DNA of 64,000 bases from NCBI GenBank assembly GCA_016618085.1, contig JABLTG010000022.1, forward strand, positions 62,001-126,000. The letters run 5' to 3'. This stretch comes from Neovahlkampfia damariscottae (lineage: Eukaryota). Shown here piece after piece: positions 59,864 to 64,000 of this stretch; positions within the stretch are counted from its first letter, which is position 1; the number at the start of each line of letters is the position of its first letter. The position numbers and the translations under genes were made by a program. The notes below the pieces were generated by a model. The model was not told the DNA's origin and did not search any database. It was given only the letters and a program-made list of their open reading frames with translations.

Positions 59864-62498
59864 ATGGAAAACTGGTTAGAGTACTTACTTAAACCAGAGC
59901 AACTTGATGAATTAGTATCTACTTTTTATTTAATTTAACTTCTATCAGATTAATAATTTGAATCAAAAAACTATAAATGAACCAACACCAAGTGAAATAG
60001 TTACAACTTTTTTAGAAAAATCAATTTCTCATTCAACAAAGCCATCTAGTCATAGAAAAGAATTCTTAATATCAACAGCGGAAAAAGTTGCTGATAAATT
60101 ACATTTTTCAATTCAAGATATCCAAGAAATACCTTTGAAATATCAAAAGAATATAATTCTGGCTTTAATAAAAATATCAAAAGAAAAACAAAAAGATATA
60201 AAGTAAAACTATATCAAGACTAACATTTAATTAAGTTATAGAGAAATTCTATACCATCATTGGATTTTAAAATGTCATTTAAAAAAAATTTCTTTTGACG
60301 AAATTTTCATAAAAGAAGGTGAAAATTTTGAAGAAACAGCAGAAGAAATCATCAAAAAATCAGTTATTTGTTTAGAAAATGGAATCAAAAAATCAAATTA
60401 TTTACCCGAAACTTTTCAATTAAAAGAAGAAAATGAAGTTGAATTTGATTTAGGAAAATACTTTTTTATTAATGAAAATTTTGAAAAAGCTAAATACTAT
60501 TTATCAAAAGTAAACACAAAAGAATCAAGAAATATGTTCAATGCATGTGAATCTGTTCTTCATAAACAAAAAACAGAAATTGAAAAAATGAAAACAAAAA
60601 TATTAAATAATGTATCATCAAAAGAGTTTAATCTATTACCTGGATTAAAATCAAACTCAAATGAACCTATTTTAAATCAAAATTTGTTAAATGAATTTTT
60701 CAATTTATTGATTAAAGATAATGTACAACAAAATTTTACCTATCAAGAAAGATTCAATTTAGTACATGATTTTTATTTATTTCAAAATGTTCAAATTCAA
60801 ATTTTAGCTTTAAATTTCATAAAATTATTATTTCTTCATTCAAAAGATAATAGTTTTGTTCCTTATTTTTATCAAGAAAATTTTATTAAAAATTTTATTA
60901 AATTCTCTCAAAAGACATTTGATTTATTAAAGAAAAATGAAATGGAAGAAAAGTTTGATTTTATCAAAGACAATATAATAGAGAATATATTAAAAATGTT
61001 AAATTTTAAAAATGATTCAAATTTATGGAACTATTTGAAAGAAAATGGAAAAAGTTTTTTAATGAATGAATTGGTAAAAACATTATTTTTTAAACATTCT
61101 ATTTTTAGGATCATTCATCCAATAAGAAGAGAAAATATGAAGATATTTCATTGGATGAACCATATGAGTTGTTAAATGATGAATTATTAAATCCAAAGAA
61201 ATTTAAAATACAAGATGTTAGTTATTTAATCAAGAAATCATTTGACTTTTTGGTTAAAAAAGAATTTAAACAATCTTTGAAATTATTAAATTTTGTGAAA
61301 CAATCACCTGTTAAATCAAAACAAATATCAATTGATATCAAATATATATCTTTATTAAATGAATTAAATCAATTAAAAAATAAAGAAAATTTGAAAAATT
61401 TAATGAAATTAATTGAAGAAAAGGAGTATTGTGAAATTCCAATTTTAATTGAAATTTTTAATTTTTTGATAAATCAAAATGAAATTAGTTTTATCATTCA
61501 ATATTTTGAAAAATTGAAACAAGAGAATATTTCAGTACAAAGTAAAATAAATGATAAATTTTCTAAACCAAAATTTAGTCAATTTGATAAGTTCATTCTT
61601 TGTAGATTTTACTAAATTGAATGGTAAATTATTAAAATTTATTAAATTTTAAATAGCTAATGATATTGATTCATGGTATAAATTTCTCTTTAAAATTTGT
61701 AAAAAAGAAAATGATGATTTTGTATCTAAAATGAATGATGAATTTTTTTTTATTTTAATTTCAAATGAAAATTATTCAGAAATGATAAAATTTTCATCTT
61801 TTCTTGGATATAGTTTATATTCACTTTTGATCTTTCAAAAAGATTCAATTGAAAATTTCACAAATTTTAAGAATTTAGCATCTTTTACATTTAATGAAAA
61901 TTCATTAATTGCTCCATCACCAAATTTAAGTTGGGTTTCATCTGATGATATTAATGAAGGAAAGAAGAATTTAATGTTTATGTTGAAAGAGACTTTATTG
62001 AAATTGAATAATTTAGTTTTGGTTAATTCAATTAAAAATCTTTCAAAAGAACAAATTTCAATTTTACTTTTTTCTTTAGGTGATTTATTCTTTTTTGAAA
62101 ATGATTTTAAATCATGTTTAAAATTTTATTTGAAATCAATCAATTTTTTGAAAATTGAAAATTTAAAACAGTATGATTTAATTTTGAAAAGAGTTTATCA
62201 TTGTTTGAATGCATTGAATTTATACACTGCTGGAGCTGTTGTTTATCAATTTTTGAATTTAAACTATGATCAAAATTTATTAATGAATTTGAAAAGTCTT
62301 GATAGAATTTGGTTACCTTATTTTTATGATTTGAATTATTTGGAAATATTTTTGTATTTTGAGTCTCAAAAAGATTTAATTTTGAAATTAATGTCAAGAG
62401 TTGAAATTAATAAAAATAATTCAAATTCAAAATATAAAGAATATTTAAAAAATTTGAAAGATAAATTCTTTAAAAGATTAGAAATTTATTTGAATTAA
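59864..62498 (+). CDS. INTS8: Integrator complex subunit 8-like
   Basis: N-terminal WLEYLL, FDLGKYFF, KRVYHCLNALNLYTAGAVVYQFL, YFYDLNYLE; five introns. Confidence 0.6.
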
Positions 62499-62513
62499 AA
62501 AGAAATTTATTTT

Positions 62514-64000
62514 TTAAAATTCTTTTGAATATTCATATTGTAATTTATTTTGTCTTTCTTTTTCAATTTGAAGTAATTCTGATATTTCATTTATTCTTTT
62601 TGGAATTGCATTTGATTCTAATTTATATAATGAATTATAAGTTTCAAATTGAATTTTTAAATTTTCAATTTCTTCAATTTCATTCTTAATTTCTTTTTCA
62701 ATCTTTTCTGTTCTTTTTAATAAACCACCTGTCAATATTTTCAATTTTGTTTCTAATTTTGATGTTTTTATTTCTTCTTGTTTCAAATAATTCAAAATTT
62801 CATGTTTATTAAAATATTCATCACTTTGATAATTCTTTTCCCAAAATTTTGTATATTCTTCTAATGAAGGTATTTTGAATTTTGAAAGTTCACTCTTTAA
62901 AATTGAATTAGAATGACTCAATTCTGATAATTTAAAATCTTCAATTTTTGGTAAATTTTTATCTTGATTTTCATCATAAAACATCAATAATAACATTTCA
63001 TTTAAAATCAATTCTTCTGGTGTATTATCTTCTTCTTGTAAATCCATTTCAATTTCATTTACTCTTGTTGGAATTGGTAATTTTCTTTGAATAACTTTTG
63101 TCTTTTTTTTTAATTCAATTTTTTTTTTTTCTTCTTTTGATAATTTTTTTTTAAGTAATAAATCTTCTGCATCTTCTTCAAATTCTTCATTTTCAACATT
63201 TGTTTTTGCATTTACTCTGAAATAATAATCTTCACTTTTTGGTTTTGGTAAAGAAGAAAATGATTGTTTTAATTGTTCTTTTAAACTTTGTTGTCTTTTT
63301 TTTTCATTAAATTCATTAAAAGCAGCAGTATCTTCAAATCCACCTGTATTTATACTTAAACCATCTCTTAAAGGTGTTTTGGAAACAGTTGAAGAAGAAG
63401 TTACTTTTGGACTTTGTATCAATAAATTTGGTGTTGCAACTGAATTTCTTGAAGGTGTAGCTCCTTTAAAATCTGAAAACTTTTCATTTAAATTTACATT
63501 TTCTCCTCCATGTAAAGGTGTTTGTTGTTGTGATAATTTAGCTAAATTTTCAGCTTCTAATCTTACAGTATCAACATAAACTGAAGGTGTTCTTGAAACT
63601 TGAGGAGTCATTCCACTTGAAACTTTTGGAGTTTGTTGATAATTTGTTAATAACTTTGAAGTTGCTTCTTTTGATTCAAATTCATTTTCACTTTGACCTT
63701 CTTTTGATGTAATCTTTCCAATTTCTTCAATTTGTTCATCATCAATTTGTGGAGCAGGTAAAGATATTTTAACTCTTTTTCCAGCTGGATTTATTTCATT
63801 AAATTTTGATTCAACAATAGAAGGTATATCTTTTCTTTTCTTTGATTTATCTTCTTTTCTTTTTTGAGCTTCTTCATCTTTTCTTCTCTTTCCTTCCATA
63901 TCTTCAGTTGTTTTACCAATTTGTTGACCACCAATTTGTTTTGCAATTGAAATAGATTTCTCTTCAGTTGTATCATAAAAACCTGCAGATGGTTTCTTTT
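62514..64000 (-). CDS. CDC5L: CDC5L/Cef1 splicing factor, 3' part (5' end outside window)
   Basis: KKPSAGFYDT, SLPAPQI, QTPLHGGEN, TPLRDGLSIN, LETKLKILTGG. Confidence 0.92.
   Translation of the reverse strand, partial: KKPSAGFYDTTEEKSISIAKQIGGQQIGKTTEDMEGKRRKDEEAQKRKEDKSKKRKDIPSIVESKFNEINPAGKRVKISLPAPQIDDEQIEEIGKITSKEGQSENEFESKEATSKLLTNYQQTPKVSSGMTPQVSRTPSVYVDTVRLEAENLAKLSQQQTPLHGGENVNLNEKFSDFKGATPSRNSVATPNLLIQSPKVTSSSTVSKTPLRDGLSINTGGFEDTAAFNEFNEKKRQQSLKEQLKQSFSSLPKPKSEDYYFRVNAKTNVENEEFEEDAEDLLLKKKLSKEEKKKIELKKKTKVIQRKLPIPTRVNEIEMDLQEEDNTPEELILNEMLLLMFYDENQDKNLPKIEDFKLSELSHSNSILKSELSKFKIPSLEEYTKFWEKNYQSDEYFNKHEILNYLKQEEIKTSKLETKLKILTGGLLKRTEKIEKEIKNEIEEIENLKIQFETYNSLYKLESNAIPKRINEISELLQIEKERQNKLQYEYSKEF

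Noticed and set aside
61578..61605. Another tandem-intron case in the INTS8-like gene
   Set aside because: A single intron 61542-61578 followed by a normal 45-nt exon explains the frame.
2175..62498. Non-canonical splice sites or an alternative genetic code as the cause of broken ORFs
   Set aside because: Every break I traced is repaired by a GT-AG intron, apart from the PhnB frameshift and the SECIS-linked UGA; TGA is a normal stop at 17564, 44983 and 54556.
1..64000. tRNA, rRNA, spliceosomal snRNA or transposon sequences
   Set aside because: No cloverleaf, rRNA or snRNA signature, transposase or reverse transcriptase was recognised by eye; a covariance-model scan is needed to exclude divergent ones.

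Overview
Very AT-rich, gene-dense eukaryotic nuclear DNA read in the standard code, with about 40 protein genes and tiny (about 27-48 nt) GT-AG introns that explain most breaks in the ORF track. The gene content (RCC1+EGF receptor, stand-alone RGS proteins, BPI/LBP, mitochondrial Twinkle, citrate synthase, WDPCP) suggests a free-living aerobic protist, plausibly a heterolobosean; that assignment is inference only. Best finding: an unannotated 67/73-codon minus-strand gene (47460-47681) starting ATG-GTG-TGA with a canonical type-2 SECIS (47376-47440) in its 3' UTR, i.e. a candidate selenoprotein of no family I recognise. Other highlights: two double-length introns in WDPCP, each split by an exact AG|GT junction (possible recursive splicing); an HMG-CoA reductase-ACBP fusion; an ArgRS with an inserted OB-fold; a protein made of Hsp70-lid-like repeats; a CCAAT box just upstream of almost every start codon; several candidate ncRNAs. 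All family calls and exon structures come from motif recognition by eye; no searches were run.
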